From assembly GCA_963664435.2 (NCBI GenBank), contig CAXXKM010000001.1, positions 160,001-224,000 of the forward strand: 64,000 nt of DNA. Direction: 5' to 3'. Both the position numbers and the translations under genes were made by a program. Under the pieces are notes generated by a model, which saw only the letters and a program-made list of their open reading frames with translations, did no database searches and had not been told where the DNA came from. The number at the start of each line of letters is the position of its first letter. Position 1 is the first letter of the stretch. This DNA is from Longimicrobiales bacterium (GTDB lineage Bacteria > Gemmatimonadota > Gemmatimonadetes > Longimicrobiales > Gaopeijiaceae). Below are positions 63,439 through 64,000 of the stretch, piece after piece.

Positions 63439-64000
63439 TCAGCCGCGCACCCGCGCCGGCAGTTCGTACGGCTGCCACCGTCCGGGGGTCACGGGCACGT
63501 AGATCATCGGAATCGGATCCTCGCCCGCCGCGGCGGACTCCGCGAAGAGCGGCACGCCCATCCACTCGCCGACCCGGGTGATGGTGGCGCAGTTCGGGTT
63601 GATCTGTTCGCCCACCTTCTCGTACGGGTAGCCCCCGTGCTCGATCTCGCTGTCGTTGTTGAACCACTCGGCGTCCGCCGCGTATACGCCGCCCAGCGCT
63701 TCCACGGCGATCACTTCCGCCCCTTCGGGCGTGGCCATCACCGTGCCGTTCTCACCCGTCGCCAGGCACAGGGTCCGCTCCATGCTGAGCTCGATCGGAA
63801 CCTCGGTGGTGCGCTCGATGACGACCGTGTCCGGCGGCGGCGCGGGAAGCTGAATCGGCTCCGGACGCGGCATCAGCTCGGGCCTGCACAGCAGACCGCT
63901 GCCGCCGGGACAGAGCGCCAGCGAAGCCATCACCCCGAAGCGGGCGCTGCGATATATGGTGGAGTTCTCGACGTGCTGAATTCCGAGCACATAGGCGCCG
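63439..64000 (-). CDS. C-terminal part of a hypothetical (probably envelope) protein; 5' end outside the window
   Basis: Pro-rich linker then YAADAEWF...GVPLFAE...IYVPVTPGRWQPY; the frame appears open to the window edge. Confidence 0.65.
   Translation of the reverse strand, partial: GAYVLGIQHVENSTIYRSARFGVMASLALCPGGSGLLCRPELMPRPEPIQLPAPPPDTVVIERTTEVPIELSMERTLCLATGENGTVMATPEGAEVIAVEALGGVYAADAEWFNNDSEIEHGGYPYEKVGEQINPNCATITRVGEWMGVPLFAESAAAGEDPIPMIYVPVTPGRWQPYELPARVRG

Overview
High-GC (~70% by eye) bacterial chromosome segment. The gene content and lineage-type hypothetical proteins suggest Gemmatimonadota, possibly host-associated (inference only). Most of the window is housekeeping genes on the minus strand: carB, nth, glyQS, aroF, smc, rsfS, rplI, rpsF/rpsR, hppA, pth, rplY, prs, tRNA-Gln, ispE, pdxJ, hflX, rarA, cca, alaS, recA. 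An accessory stretch (9-33 kb) holds secreted/lipoprotein hydrolases, a PQQ dehydrogenase, an HTTM-AsnB pair and a Sel1 protein. Main findings: (1) a complete, tightly coupled archaeal-style nurA-herA-sbcD(mre11)-sbcC(rad50) operon, followed by a vapBC toxin-antitoxin pair and a convergent AAA_14/DUF4143 ATPase, like a defence/repair island; (2) a single-ORF fusion of ribosomal proteins bS6 and a Cys-free bS18; (3) hflX apparently starting at a non-canonical ATC behind a perfect Shine-Dalgarno; (4) an unannotated 40-aa MetS-like NSS-transporter small subunit overlapping the carB start; (5) a frameshifted DUF2232 gene. Family assignments come from motif recognition by eye; no database searches were run.
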